DNA of 64,000 bases, filler included, from Stramenopiles sp. TOSAG23-6 (taxonomy: Eukaryota): assembly GCA_900128565.1 (NCBI GenBank). It is 11 parts of 11 records of this genome, joined end to end, with 100 filler letters (N's around TTAATTAATTAA, not from the genome) between each part and the next. Parts side by side here need not be neighbours in the genome. Positions count along the whole stretch, not along the records: positions 20,688 to 27,456 come from LT636647.1; positions 27,557 to 34,322 come from LT636648.1; positions 34,423 to 41,187 come from LT636649.1; 8 more parts are not named here. One strand, given 5' to 3'. Position numbers and translations under genes: made by a program. The notes below the pieces were generated by a model. The model was not told where the DNA came from and made no database searches. It worked only from the letters and a program-made list of their open reading frames with translations. This document shows positions 23,601 to 35,161 of this stretch, piece by piece. The stretch's first letter is position 1, and every line of letters begins with the position of its first letter.

Positions 23601-23800
23601 TTGTGGATGATCCATCGAATGAGAATACATCTATTTATGATCTTAAAACTGTCAACTTAGCGAATGGAAAGGTGCAAATGTCAGCATACTTTGATGACTA
23701 TCCTATCTCTTATTATGTTGTGGTTCAAGACCCGAAAGCTTTGCCTGAAGTTATGGCAGATGCGCTTCGTCAATGGTTTCAAATGCTTTCTCAAGATTAA
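20688..23800 (+). CDS. MDN1: Midasin C-terminal part (acidic region plus VWA/MIDAS); intron 21180-21275; apparent frameshift near 21661
   Basis: KGFC, GTGMG, LTEQLRLVL.P..ATRLKGDYRSGKRINMRKVIPFIAS.FRKDKIWLRR, DDSKSM, LRQWF. Confidence 0.93.
21180..21275 (+). mobile_element. Introner-like GT-AT intron, 96 nt (in frame, no stop)
   Basis: AT|GTATGT...CCTAAC...GAAATACAT|G gives FEGDMCDIEE; retaining it would put a Phe-rich peptide into an acidic tract. Confidence 0.85.
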
Positions 23801-24054
23801 GAATTATAGTATTAGTTATAAAATATATATTGAAATTTATTGTAGTACACACTCATCTTGTTTCGTCTACATTAGCTTTCATTCTACTAGCGCTAGCGGA
23901 AGCAAAAAATCAAAAAATAAAATTTAATTCCGCCATTTTTTTCTCGTTTTTGACTTGCTATTTTGATTTTGTTAGTCGCATTTTAGTCCTGACCTATCTT
24001 GGTTATTATATCGTTCCTATCTATCCTAATCAAAAACTACGGTGTGAGAATAGT

Positions 24055-25673
24055 ATGAACCCGCTTCGTTTCCTTCATAAAGGTGCGTCTCCTACCCAGA
24101 TATACTTTATTGGAGACCTTCATGGAGATGATACTTGTGCCCGTCAATGGGTTGCTAAGACGCAACTTGTAGACTTTACAACCAAAGAGTGGCGTTGGAC
24201 TGGGAAAGAAACAGATGCTCTTGTCTTTACTGGTGATTATATCGATAAAGGAGCATATTCTCGACGAGTTTTGGAGTTTGTACGCACCCTGCAGACCACT
24301 TTTCCTGACAATGTTTTATGTCTCTTGGGCAATCATGATTTATATGGTCTTGTTTTTTGTATTGACTACAAAAAAAGTTAGAATTGTGCAATCTTTCACA
24401 ATTACACATTTTATTAACTTTCATTTGACCATGTTGACATATTTCCCTTTATACAGGTAGATAGTATATTAGATATTCGGGCGGATCGTCCTATGGGCGC
24501 ACCTGTTTCAGAGTTTACATTTTCTTTTTTACACCCCCAAGAGTATTTGAACGCAGGGTTTTCGCCTAAGCGACCTGATGATGAAGAAATTTTATCTTTG
24601 ATGTTGGATGCACTAGAAACTGTATATGAAAAAGGGTATCAAAATAGGTATACAATGAAAAATGTGCTGACTAAAGTACCACCATTCAGTGACCATGAAC
24701 TAAGCAAACGTGCTGTTGCCCGACTGGACGCTTGGGAAAAGGAATACAATGAGGGTTTAGTCAAAACTGGTTTGTCTGACTGGCTAAAAAATCGACCAGT
24801 GGTACGTTTTCATTATGAATTTCAAATTTGTTTTTTCGTACGAAATTTTGTACCTAACAAATTTCAAATTTAATTTTTTTTACAATACATGTTGCAATTG
24901 TCGGCGATAGTTTAGTAGCACACGCGGGTTTGTCTTTGCGTTCTTTACGAAAGATAATTCAAAGTAATAAGGAGAAACTTCCATTGAGTGAGTTAATACA
25001 TAATAATACAAACAAGGCATTTTGGGATTGGTTTCCTGAAGCTCCGTTGTCAACTTTATCAGACGACAAAATTACAAAAAATTTTAAACTTGAATTCCCT
25101 ACAGATTTAGTTTTATATCGAGGTTATTTTTCTCCTCAGATGTCGTCCAGTGTCGTATCAGGATGCTCTGAAGTGGCTGAGATAATTCGTTTACTCCACT
25201 CTGAGGGAGTTCGTCGAATTGTTGTTGGTCACACCCCATCGGATTTTGCTTATGAGAAATGTAATGGTCAACTTTTGGCTGCTGATTCCTCACTATCTCG
25301 TCACTTTCGCCAATATGCAAATTTATATTGCCCTATCTCAGGAGGTACGAAAGGTTTTTGTAGTAGCAAACCCTTACAGTTTTGCGAGGGGAGTATTTCT
25401 CGTATAGAAAAAAAACAAGCTGACCAATGGAGTGATCATTTCACAATTTTGTATCACAACAAAGATGATGACAGTATGATAAACAACTTTAATGATAATT
25501 TGAGTAGATCTCAGACTAAAGATGATCAAACTCATTATAGTATTGGTACTGGATATACTTTTTTATTCTATATATGTGCCTTTTTTGTTTGCTCTAATGT
25601 ACTTCAGGTTATATTCGTGAAACTATTTATGAAGAAAAGAAAAAGAAAGACAAACAAAGTAAGTATTTTGTAA
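24055..25673 (+). CDS. Shewanella-like metallophosphoesterase with C-terminal TM (introns ~24352-24456 GT-AG and 24802-24890 GT-AT); start uncertain
   Basis: GDLHG, GDYIDKG, GNHD, VAHAG, VVGHT, ADSSLS motifs. Confidence 0.85.
24802..24890 (+). mobile_element. Introner-like GT-AT intron, 89 nt
   Basis: GTG|GTACGT...TACAATACAT|GTT gives RPVVAIVGDSLVAHAG; no in-phase AG before the HAG motif. Confidence 0.9.
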
Positions 25674-25737
25674 GATAAACAAAACATAAATATAATATGC
25701 TCTATACTATTATTTATTCAGCAAAAATATATAGTGT

Positions 25738-26568
25738 TCACCTACGATCTCCTAATAGAGATAAAATGTACAGAAATAAATTGATAATGTCGAGGTATAT
25801 ATTTATCGCAGCGAATACATATTCATCTGGAGATAAAGCATATTTGTGTTTTCCTCCCATGATTAACTGAATATCGTAAACTAAATAGCAGGAGAACAGC
25901 AAAGCTCCTAATGAGGAGTATACCGTATTAAGAAGACCAATTTTATGAGATGGCACAAAAACTGCACAAATGAAACCAAAAATCATTAAGCATATTAAGC
26001 ACGAGAATAATATACCACCATGCATGGTGAAGTCTATCTTAGACTGACACGCAAATAGAGTCAAACAAAACACAATAAGAACGGTAATACCTACCGCAAC
26101 TAACACAGTATCAGCTGAATAAAATGTACATATCGTAGCAACAAGATAACTCTCTACAAGCGTAAATCCAGCTAATGTAAAATAGTTAGTGGGAACTTCT
26201 TTACGAAGTCGTTCAACACAACTGATAGCACACAAAAATGCTATGGAAAGAGCAAAGGCAATCCATAACATCCAGTCATTTTGTTGTACATATGACTTGA
26301 TATTATCATTCGAAATAAAGAGACCAATCATGCCAAATGTTACAATTAACTGAGCACAAAGAATACCAAACACCTTTCGAACAAACCCGCGTCGTACCGT
26401 AGCCATTGTAAAGTTTGCAAGGTTGTTCACATTTCTACCGGTGCCATCTTCAAGGTCCCTACTCTGATAAGTCTCTTGAACGCTTTGTGGAGGGTCGCTT
26501 TGAGGATAAGTAGATTTTGGAGGGTTATAACTAGACCCAACTGGTTCTGCAATAGGAATTTCAGACAT
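25738..26568 (-). CDS. Lifeguard/Bax inhibitor-1 family (TMBIM) membrane protein
   Basis: VRRGFVRKVFGIL..QL, P.NY..L..FT, YDIQLI.GG, SPDEYVFAA..IYLDIINLF. Confidence 0.93.
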   Translation of the reverse strand: MSEIPIAEPVGSSYNPPKSTYPQSDPPQSVQETYQSRDLEDGTGRNVNNLANFTMATVRRGFVRKVFGILCAQLIVTFGMIGLFISNDNIKSYVQQNDWMLWIAFALSIAFLCAISCVERLRKEVPTNYFTLAGFTLVESYLVATICTFYSADTVLVAVGITVLIVFCLTLFACQSKIDFTMHGGILFSCLICLMIFGFICAVFVPSHKIGLLNTVYSSLGALLFSCYLVYDIQLIMGGKHKYALSPDEYVFAAINIYLDIINLFLYILSLLGDRR

Positions 26569-26944
26569 CGCGATTATGCGAAAGAACCAATGAACAAACT
26601 GTTTTGTACTTCCACGAACAGGTGAAGTAGTAGAGTACACGTAGAATGATTTGCTACCAAACGACTGGACGAGGGCAAGTTTTTTTAATGAAGAATTCTT
26701 CAAGAAACACGAAATATTGCAAAAATGAGAACGAAACAAAGTTGGAACCTAAAAAATTGAAGTCTTTTTATAAAATAATAAAATCCAAACACTAAAAGTT
26801 CTCAAAACCACATAATAAATCATGTAGGAGCTCCTCAAGTAAATGGGACCCATTACAAAAGTTAAGCATCAAAGCAATATAACAAATCTTTGCAAGATTT
26901 ATCATACATTTTTTTTTTAAATTGACAGAAAGAATTTATAAAGC

Positions 26945-27456
26945 TTAGAAGCACTTGCGGTGAACAATTGCTGGACCTGCTTCATCATATTCTGCTTTGG
27001 TAATCCACATAGATTGGAATGTACCAAGAGCGGAAAGAATAGATCCTCCAATCCAGACAGAGTATTTACGNTCTGGTGGAGCAATAACTTTAATGTCCAT
27101 GGTAGGTGGAGCAAGTGCCTTGACTTCCTTGGTGAGACGGGTATCAATGTCTCTGAACATAGTAGAACCACCAGAACAGACAATGTTCTTATAGAGATCT
27201 TTACGAATGTCAACATCACACTTCATGATAGTTTGGTAGACTGTTGCGTGGATTCCATCAGCTTCTTTGCCCATGAATGATGGTTGGAAGAGAAGCTCTG
27301 GGCACTTGAATCGACTTGCTCCAACGGTGACAATGTTTCCGTCAGGAAGCTCATACGTTTGTTGGAGGTCAGACGAAGATTCAGCCGATTTTAATTCAGC
27401 GTCATAGTCCATAGCAACGTAGCAGTGTTTTTCCTTGATGTCACGAACAATCTCAC
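26945..27456 (-). CDS. ACT: Actin, C-terminal part
   Basis: [44 protein letters not shown]. Confidence 0.97.
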
Positions 27457-27556
27457 NNNNNNNNNNNNNNNNNNNNNNNNNNNNNNNNNNNNNNNNNNNN
27501 TTAATTAATTAANNNNNNNNNNNNNNNNNNNNNNNNNNNNNNNNNNNNNNNNNNNN

Positions 27557-27624
27557 TTTTTTTTCATACGAAATTTCGTACCTAACGAATTTCAAACAAA
27601 AAGACATATTTTTCCACAATACAT
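27557..27624 (+). mobile_element. Introner-like intron, 3' part
   Basis: CATACGAAATTTCGTACCTAAC...CACAATACAT|G GCA. Confidence 0.8.
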
Positions 27625-27910
27625 GGCAGGTCGGTCATATACGTACAACTTTGCTGCAAACATGTCCTTAGAGGCTTCTGGATCCCGTAAGGATAGTGAT
27701 GGAGTCAAATTGTATTGTGCCCCCATGGCTACGCGAGTATGTGATAATGCGATTCAAGCCCTTGGTGGATATGGTTATGTTGGCGAATATGTTGTTGAGA
27801 GATTGTGGAGAGATTCGAAATTAATACAAATTGGCGGAGGTACTAATGAAGCGCATCATAAAAATATTACGAATGATATGAGAGGTTTTAGCCTTGCTGA
27901 ATGGGAGTAA
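27625..27910 (+). CDS. IVD: Isovaleryl-CoA dehydrogenase-like protein, last exon
   Basis: AIQALGGYGYVGEYVVERLWRDSKLIQIGGGTNE. Confidence 0.8.
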
Positions 27911-28143
27911 ATATACCCTGTAGAATTCCGGAAATAATAAAATCATAACTTACCTACTTTTGATATTTTTGTACTTTTGATATTTTTGTGTACCAAATCT
28001 GTTTACCCAATTCCAAAAAAAAAAATATTTTGAAGCTTGATTCTATTTGCATCATAGGAGAAAATCTGATTTATTCATATTTTTTTATCTAATTTTTTTA
28101 ATTCTGTAACGAGGGCTTATGTAAAATGTAGAATAATTATTTC

Positions 28144-28734
28144 TTATACTGGTTCTTGTAACTCTCTCTGCTCCTTCGCGTACAATTCCATTTGTTGTCC
28201 ATATTTCTCATGAGCCTCTAAATACGGCTCCCACGTAGCATCAATCCTTTCCTGTACCTTTACTGCTCTTTGTGCTGCCTCTTCCATTTCGGAAGCCCAA
28301 GCTTTTTGTTGAGCATCAAATTTTTCTTTCTTCTCTGCTTTTGATGCAGCCTCTTTTTCAGGGTCATACGCGTCAAGTACATGAGTTCTTTCAGATACAA
28401 GATGATAGACAGTTTTCTCATTACTCTTAACTTCCGTACGTATTTGCTTTGCCTTTTTCAAAATATTTAGCTGGTTTTTCAATTTTGTTTTGCTCTTGAT
28501 TATATCAGTAAGTCCTGTTTCCTCTGTTTTATCCCAAAGAACTAAGTTGTTTTGTGGCCCGTATGTTTGAAGTAGGTAATATATTGCGGATGATACAGAG
28601 TGTGGTCGATCTTCTTTACCATCCCATTTTGAAACAGTAGTTGATGTTGAAAAACTACCTGATGATCGTGAAATATGTAAAGAAGATCTATGTGAACTAG
28701 TGCGTGCCGTTGTAATAAGTATAGAGCGTAACAT
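28144..28734 (-). CDS. Hypothetical protein with a mitochondrial-type presequence
   Basis: Arg/Ser-rich N-terminus and coiled-coil C-terminus. Confidence 0.55.
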   Translation of the reverse strand: MLRSILITTARTSSHRSSLHISRSSGSFSTSTTVSKWDGKEDRPHSVSSAIYYLLQTYGPQNNLVLWDKTEETGLTDIIKSKTKLKNQLNILKKAKQIRTEVKSNEKTVYHLVSERTHVLDAYDPEKEAASKAEKKEKFDAQQKAWASEMEEAAQRAVKVQERIDATWEPYLEAHEKYGQQMELYAKEQRELQEPV

Positions 28735-28933
28735 TATTATGCAACTCGAATTATATTGAAACACTACTCAGTAGTAGTGCGTGAACTTCGTGAAGTTCTT
28801 GACTGAAACCTCAAATTGGCACGTGCCTTTAAAAAAACAGATTTCGTGTTTTACAGTTTCATTTTGATATATCAATAACGGACAGAGTACAACTCGAAGA
28901 AAAGGTTACAAAATACTTAACATAGAGTACATT

Positions 28934-29929
28934 ATGTCAAGCCCTGATGAAACCACACCTCTGACCAATGAAGAAGAACAAGGTAATCCATCCGCAGCTA
29001 CTTCTATAGTTGAAGAAAGTCGCAAAAAGAAGAAAGCTGAGAGTGAAACACCGAAAACAGAAACAAAGAAAAATACTATTCACGAAATGCTCGCAAATGC
29101 CAAAATAAAAAAAGAAAAAGAAAAGGCTGAAGTGAAACGAATTGTTGCTGATGAATTGAATAATGATAAAACAGAAGAAAAAAACGAAAATGATAGTCTT
29201 TTACATGAAAGTGAGAAGAAAAGTGATGGTGGAGATCTATTAGATAAAGGTGTAAAACTTCAGCCTGATCTAGATAAACATTTCAACCCTGTTTCTTCTA
29301 AACGACCCAGAGGCTGGGCACTACAGCTTCCAATAGCTTATAACATACCACAGAGAAAACTGAGATTAGCTATATACATATCTAGTATGCTATTAGTACT
29401 TGAAATTTTCATTGCAGTTCAAGTATCCTGCCTTTATTACGAAATGTGCTTCAATTCTAGTGATTTTGCTACAGGCTCGGTAATATCTAATTTAATAGTT
29501 CCAATATCATTAGCTTTACTATTTCTAGTTGTTCCACAGGGATTTAATATTGCCCAATCACAAACCGTTGCTCAGCTAGGTATTAGTTTTTCTTTATCCT
29601 TGATTTTCTGTGTGACTTTATGTATATGTTTCGTTTTTAGTACTGCTCGCTTTGGCGACATTTCAACTGGAACTTTAGCGGAAAGTAAAGCAGAATCATC
29701 TCTCGCAGAGAAAACGTGGACTGGGATGACAAGTAGAGAACAAAACTGGTATAATAATAACTTCGAATCATTTCAAGACAAAATGCGTAGAAATGCTCTT
29801 ATTGCCTTGATTTGCTCTTTAATTGCAGCTATTTTATTAGCAGTCATTACAGTTGCAATGGGGTACATTTTTATTCCAGCTATGTGTCAATTAAGAAGGC
29901 ATCTAGCTAGGAACAGTTTGCCAATGTAA
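28934..29929 (+). CDS. Hypothetical multi-pass membrane protein
   Basis: Charged N-terminus followed by about four hydrophobic segments. Confidence 0.65.
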   Translation: MSSPDETTPLTNEEEQGNPSAATSIVEESRKKKKAESETPKTETKKNTIHEMLANAKIKKEKEKAEVKRIVADELNNDKTEEKNENDSLLHESEKKSDGGDLLDKGVKLQPDLDKHFNPVSSKRPRGWALQLPIAYNIPQRKLRLAIYISSMLLVLEIFIAVQVSCLYYEMCFNSSDFATGSVISNLIVPISLALLFLVVPQGFNIAQSQTVAQLGISFSLSLIFCVTLCICFVFSTARFGDISTGTLAESKAESSLAEKTWTGMTSREQNWYNNNFESFQDKMRRNALIALICSLIAAILLAVITVAMGYIFIPAMCQLRRHLARNSLPM

Positions 29930-30156
29930 CTATTTTTGATTTTTATGTCTCGGTAGAAAAAATATGGATAGTGTTTTTGATAAACTAACATTGCATAACC
30001 TGATACGAAAGCACCCAAAAGACTGGAGAAATTGAAAATTAAAAGTATTCTTTGAAATTAAAATTGGAAATGTTAAGAAATAATGTAGTTTTTTAATATA
30101 TTATATACAATGTAATAAAATATGAGTTGACTCTACATAGTAGCTGATACCTTCAA

Positions 30157-31041
30157 CTATGTCCTTCTCTTTTTCGAAATTTGATTATTTGGAGCAGATG
30201 TTTTGCGTTTTGAGTGGCCGTAATGTTGTTGCATGAGAGTGAACATAGGTAAAATTATATCATTAAAATCTGAGGCAATATGTTTCTCTGACCAGTCACG
30301 AAGTGATTTGAATATCTCTTTGCAACATGTGCAGCCTTTCATGTGAACACGCTTAGCATGTGTAGGTTTTCTTTGATGACCCAATAAACAAATCGGGGCT
30401 TTCCTAATTTGGGGACTTTCCCCTCTTCTTTCAACACCGTCATCACTCTCTGTATCCGTATCAGATGTATCCTGAACCTCCACAAAAAAACGTGAATAAC
30501 CACGACCACTTCGACAACTGCGCCTAGGATTAACGCGACGTCGATTTACTTCACGAAGTGGACTATCACCCAAGCCACTTTTTCGAGTTTTGCGAGCATT
30601 GTTTCTTTCGGATGATCTTCGAGTCGCCTGCCATACATCGGGTGTTTGTTGATTGTTTCCTTCTTGGTTTGATGCCACCCTGTGCAGGACGATGTTTGCC
30701 ACAGAATTAGTTTGTGTTGTCGTAGCCTCTTGTACTCTTGTAATACTTGATGGACTCGAAGGTTCTGGATTGTGTGGCTTCTGCGGTTCCATGAAATTAT
30801 TAATAGTGTTTTCAAGTTTCTCAAGTCTTTGGCGATTGATCAATTGTTGACGCCGCAAATTCAACAAAAAATTTTGTAATTTTGATCTTTTTTCATTAGA
30901 AGAATGACGAACAAGAACGCCATGTTTACGGGCTGCACGAGATACAACATATTCTTCGCCAGACGCCGCTAACAAAGGAGTATAATCCTTAGTTTGACAT
31001 CTACGACTAGTATTACTGTGACGTTGAGTTGCTGATTTCAT
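30157..31041 (-). CDS. Hypothetical basic, low-complexity protein
   Basis: 294-aa ORF with a Cys/His cluster near the C-terminus. Confidence 0.5.
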   Translation of the reverse strand: MKSATQRHSNTSRRCQTKDYTPLLAASGEEYVVSRAARKHGVLVRHSSNEKRSKLQNFLLNLRRQQLINRQRLEKLENTINNFMEPQKPHNPEPSSPSSITRVQEATTTQTNSVANIVLHRVASNQEGNNQQTPDVWQATRRSSERNNARKTRKSGLGDSPLREVNRRRVNPRRSCRSGRGYSRFFVEVQDTSDTDTESDDGVERRGESPQIRKAPICLLGHQRKPTHAKRVHMKGCTCCKEIFKSLRDWSEKHIASDFNDIILPMFTLMQQHYGHSKRKTSAPNNQISKKRRT

Positions 31042-31321
31042 TGTCAGGATTAATAATTTATACCAAAACCGTTTACAAAAGTCAAATTCTTAGATACTGA
31101 CCGACAAGAAAGGACAGAAGATACCCTAGTAGAATATTGAGTAAATATTGAATAAAATTGAATAAAATTGAATTAAATTCAATTAAATTGAATTAATATT
31201 GAGTAAAATCTCGAGTACACCGGGTACCGGGTACCCAGTAGTCAGTTGTGATCGATCTCATCACAAACTGGTAAAAAAGTTGTTGAGTACTACGCTAGCA
31301 GCAAAAGTTTATTATTTTACA

Positions 31322-32005
31322 ATGACAACGATTGTAGTAAGTAGAAATAAACGTAGGTTAGCACCGACTTCAATTCCTTTTAATTCACAGAACTCTGATT
31401 GTCCAGTAAAAGAGCAGATAGAAAAAAATGAGCAGAAATCTAGCAAGAGGCAGCGACTGATGAAACAAAAAAATCAGACTGAAGTGAACCCTTCACGTAA
31501 AAACGATAGTATAGATGTTACGAGTAGCGTAACGATAGAAGAAGCTCGATTAGAGCGTAAACGTTTAAAGAAACGACGCCAAAGGGAAAAGCGCAAGTTA
31601 GAGGCTACTTCTATAAAGACGTTGGAAAAGAGTGCTAGTGCTACTTCCGAACCGATAAATGTAGTGAAAGCAAGTGATCAAACAAAAAATGGATCAAAGA
31701 AACCAATGAAAGAGATAAAGATGGTTAGTAACAAGCCTGATTTTTTAGGAAATTTATGGGATACTCTAGGTGAACAGAAAAGAATAAAGAAAGAAAAGGC
31801 AATAATTGCAGAAGAAAAAGAGTTGAAACGTCAAAGAAAACGCGCTGCAAGGGAGAGAAAGCGTAAACAAATGGAAAAAACTAAAGCCGCAAAGCCAATG
31901 TACTTTACCGAGGAAGGTTTACCGATTTATTCTGTAGAATCATTGAATATTGGGAAAGGAGTGGATGGCCCCGACTGCCCTTTCGATTGCTGGTGTTGTT
32001 TTTGA
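31322..32005 (+). CDS. DUF1764 family protein
   Basis: C-terminal TEEGLPIY...LNIG.G..GPDCPFDCWCCF. Confidence 0.8.
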   Translation: MTTIVVSRNKRRLAPTSIPFNSQNSDCPVKEQIEKNEQKSSKRQRLMKQKNQTEVNPSRKNDSIDVTSSVTIEEARLERKRLKKRRQREKRKLEATSIKTLEKSASATSEPINVVKASDQTKNGSKKPMKEIKMVSNKPDFLGNLWDTLGEQKRIKKEKAIIAEEKELKRQRKRAARERKRKQMEKTKAAKPMYFTEEGLPIYSVESLNIGKGVDGPDCPFDCWCCF

Positions 32006-32193
32006 TATCTATAGTAATTTGTTTAGAGAGTTAACGTCTCAATTGCCAAATAGAAATGTCTCCATTACCAAATAAAAAACTTCATTCCCTTGACTCTCTA
32101 ATTGTTTCTACTACAATATCATAAATACAACTTTATAATTTTAGTTTTATTGATATGTTAAACACTTTTTGAGGTCTTGAATTTATTGAAATT

Positions 32194-32922
32194 TTATTCA
32201 ACTACATCTCCACCAGTTAGTCCAGATTCCACTGAGTAACTAAAAGGAGTTATTTGGACTGGTCTTTTTCCCACACCTTCTATGGAGAAATCTGTGTCAA
32301 GTTGTTTCTCCGTCCATTGTGTGAATTCTTCGGAAAATGGGTCAACATCCACCGGCAAACCAGCTGCTTTATTTTGGGCTAACTCGTCTCTCAAATTCAT
32401 TCTGGCAGTCATCAACGCTCTCTTTGCCTTTTCAAGATTTGTGTCCACCTTTTTCGACCTAGAAAGCTCAGCTGTTGCAGAACCCAGTCGTTTTCTTGCT
32501 TCTATAAGCTCAGCCTTGCAGCGCTCCATTTCACCTAATTTAACCACGCGGTGAAGATGGGTCCACTTGTGTCGTTTCTTTTCGTTTTCGTCGGATACAG
32601 CCATTGGTTCTTCTGCAATTCGTAACTCTTGACCTTTTAATACTTGACGTTTTGCCCACTCAGGTGTCAGCCATGACATAGCCGTCGTGCGCTTTACGAA
32701 TGTATCATGCACACAAACTAATACACCCGTAGCTCGCGTCGCCCAGTGAGGAGCATATATATACCATATACCACTTGCGTCTGCTACAGTCCAGGTTAAG
32801 GGTGCTGTAGCAGCTTTTTTTTGCGCTACTACTGCTGAGGCTGGTACATTTACTGTAACAGGGGGTACTATTGAAGGTGGTGCTGCCGCTGCATCAGTGT
32901 CGTGATGAGAAGAACTAGGCAT
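32194..32922 (-). CDS. Hypothetical protein
   Basis: 242-aa ORF with coding-like composition. Confidence 0.6.
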   Translation of the reverse strand: MPSSSHHDTDAAAAPPSIVPPVTVNVPASAVVAQKKAATAPLTWTVADASGIWYIYAPHWATRATGVLVCVHDTFVKRTTAMSWLTPEWAKRQVLKGQELRIAEEPMAVSDENEKKRHKWTHLHRVVKLGEMERCKAELIEARKRLGSATAELSRSKKVDTNLEKAKRALMTARMNLRDELAQNKAAGLPVDVDPFSEEFTQWTEKQLDTDFSIEGVGKRPVQITPFSYSVESGLTGGDVVE

Positions 32923-33415
32923 CTGAATTTTGGTAAACTAAAGATCTGATCTTGATCACAAACTTAATGCTAAATTATAATATATCCTAGTACAATTTTT
33001 CGAAATTTTTCTATCCAAGGAAGGTTCGAACTTCAAAGTTTAAACAAACCCAGAAACAGCAAACAAATGCAAATGCAAACGCAAACAAACACGAAAAAAG
33101 AAAAAAAAAATGAGTCAAGCTCGCGATTTGATGATGGATTCCTTGAATTTCTCTTCCCGAATCCCGATATTCTTGTACATATTATATGCATTGGATACCA
33201 GCTTCGCTAAGGATCAAAAAGAAAACACAGAGTGTCTTCAAAAATCAGTATTGAAATATTTCTTTTAAGATTTTTAAAATTGATATCAATAAGAACATCT
33301 ACTGGGACTTTAAGCCCCAGAAGCTCAGTCTGATTCAGCAAATTTGAAATTGTATGCGACGTTGAAACGAATTTACCCTTCCCCATAGAAATCTCCTTCC
33401 TTAAAGTGTTCAAAT

Positions 33416-33940
33416 ATGTCGCTCCCGCTGACCACTTTTGTTGAATGGAATAACTTCCGTTTTCTAATCATGGATGCGCCAAATGATCACAATGTACATT
33501 TGTACTTAAAAGAAATGCGACAAGTTGGATGTACTCAATGTGTCAGAGTTTGTGAATCGACGTATGAAGTAACCTCAATGGTAGCAGCTGGAATAACAGT
33601 TCATGACTTACCCTTTACCGACGGAAGGTCTCCACCAGACGAAGTTCTACAAAAATGGCTTGATATTGTTGAGAATAATATGGATTCTGCCTCCAAAAAT
33701 ACGTCTAAAAAAAATGCTTCTGAGGAAAAAGAAGGGACAATCGCAATTCACTGTATTGCTGGTCTTGGTAGAGCACCAATGATGGTCGCCATCGCCTTTA
33801 TTGAGAATGGACTGGAGTGGACAAAAGCTGTTGAAGTAATTAGAGCTCGTCGTAGGCATGCCATCAATGCCAAACAGCTAGAGTATTTGAAGAATTACAA
33901 ACCGACACGAGCTTCCGGTTGCAGTTGTGTGATAGTGTAG
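33416..33940 (+). CDS. PTP4A: PRL/PTP4A-type prenylated protein tyrosine phosphatase
   Basis: RFLIMDAP, VRVCE.TY, HCIAGLGRAP, C-terminal CaaX (CVIV). Confidence 0.93.
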   Translation: MSLPLTTFVEWNNFRFLIMDAPNDHNVHLYLKEMRQVGCTQCVRVCESTYEVTSMVAAGITVHDLPFTDGRSPPDEVLQKWLDIVENNMDSASKNTSKKNASEEKEGTIAIHCIAGLGRAPMMVAIAFIENGLEWTKAVEVIRARRRHAINAKQLEYLKNYKPTRASGCSCVIV

Positions 33941-34421
33941 TTTCACTGTATTTTTGACACGTGGCAATTCGAGCTGCAACAACACAGGGAAGTTTCCTAA
34001 GCAAGTTTCCATGTCAATTATTCTAGTACAGTTTAATATAAAAATGTAGAAGAATATACTGATATCATTTTTATTTTTGAAAGACAGACAAATATAGAGC
34101 TTTCGATAGCATCTTTACTTTTTTGTACCTTTTGACGGTAATTTAGCATTGCCTTCTCTTTTACACTGTCGTAAACGTTCCAAAATTTTATAGATATATG
34201 GAACACCACCTTTTGCTTTAACTGCAACATCAAACTCATGATGCATGAATTTCCTTCCCAAATTTGATGAATCAGACTGAGCTTCTGGGGCTTAAAGTCC
34301 CAGTAGATGTTCTTATTGATATNNNNNNNNNNNNNNNNNNNNNNNNNNNNNNNNNNNNNNNNNNNNTTAATTAATTAANNNNNNNNNNNNNNNNNNNNNN
34401 NNNNNNNNNNNNNNNNNNNNN

Positions 34422-34518
34422 NTTTTTTTTTTTACCAAAAAANTCGATTTTTTTTCGTACGTAATTTTGTACCTAACAAATTTTAGTTTTTTTTTTTAAA
34501 TATTTTTTCATAATACAT
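34422..34518 (+). mobile_element. Introner-like intron, 3' part
   Basis: CGTACGTAATTTTGTACCTAAC...CATAATACAT|CT. Confidence 0.8.
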
Positions 34519-35065
34519 CTTCCCATGATTCTGCTGAAAGAATTCCTCTTAAAGAAAGGAAGAACACAATCACTAGTTTTTCTCGTAGTGCTGCTGGTTC
34601 AACTGGTTTTTTAAATGCAAAGAACATAAATCCAAGTTTTTCTCGTAGTGCTGCTGGTTCTCCACCTCGCATTCGTCGAAATATGAAGAATACATCACTT
34701 CACGAAATTAGGGGACATGAGATTAAAACTAAAAGATCAAACAAAACATCTGGGTCGATGAGAATACGGCAGAGATTGACAAGGCAGAATGTTCATCATC
34801 TTGGTACAGGTCCACGTTACCGCAGTATGTTAATGTACGTTTTCATCATGAATTTCAAATTTATTTATTTTTTTTGTATGAAAATGTCGTACCTAACGAT
34901 TTTTTTTATCCACAAAAAAAAACAATATTTTTCACAATTTATTAACCCTGGTCGCAGTCTTGTATTTGGTGTTGGTGATCGTATATTTATACTAGCGCAA
35001 AATGTAAGACAGCGAAATGATGTACTTGAATGGTGCACTGAAATAGAAGAAAGTGTTAGACGAAT
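34519..35065 (+). CDS. Internal exons of a protein with an RCK/BK-channel-like motif
   Basis: Spliced product reads MLINPGRSLVFGVGDRIFILAQ, resembling the end of an RCK domain; SFSRSAAGS occurs twice. Confidence 0.45.
34835..34942 (+). mobile_element. Introner-like GT-AT intron, 108 nt (in frame)
   Basis: AT|GTACGT...CGTACCTAAC...CACAATTTAT|T gives MLINPG. Confidence 0.8.
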
Positions 35066-35161
35066 GTACGTTTCATATGAATTTCTAATTTAAGTTTTTT
35101 TTTTCATACGAAATTTCGTACCTAACGATTTTAATGTTTGAAATATTTTTTCATAATCCAT
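35066..35161 (+). mobile_element. Introner-like GT-AT intron, 96 nt (donor phase does not match the long downstream ORF)
   Basis: AT|GTACGT...CATACGAAATTTCGTACCTAAC...CATAATCCAT|G. Confidence 0.75.

Noticed and set aside
30157-30400. Possible CtIP/Sae2 C-terminal motif
   Set aside because: The Cys cluster is only loosely similar and the RHR and TP..FW motifs are absent.
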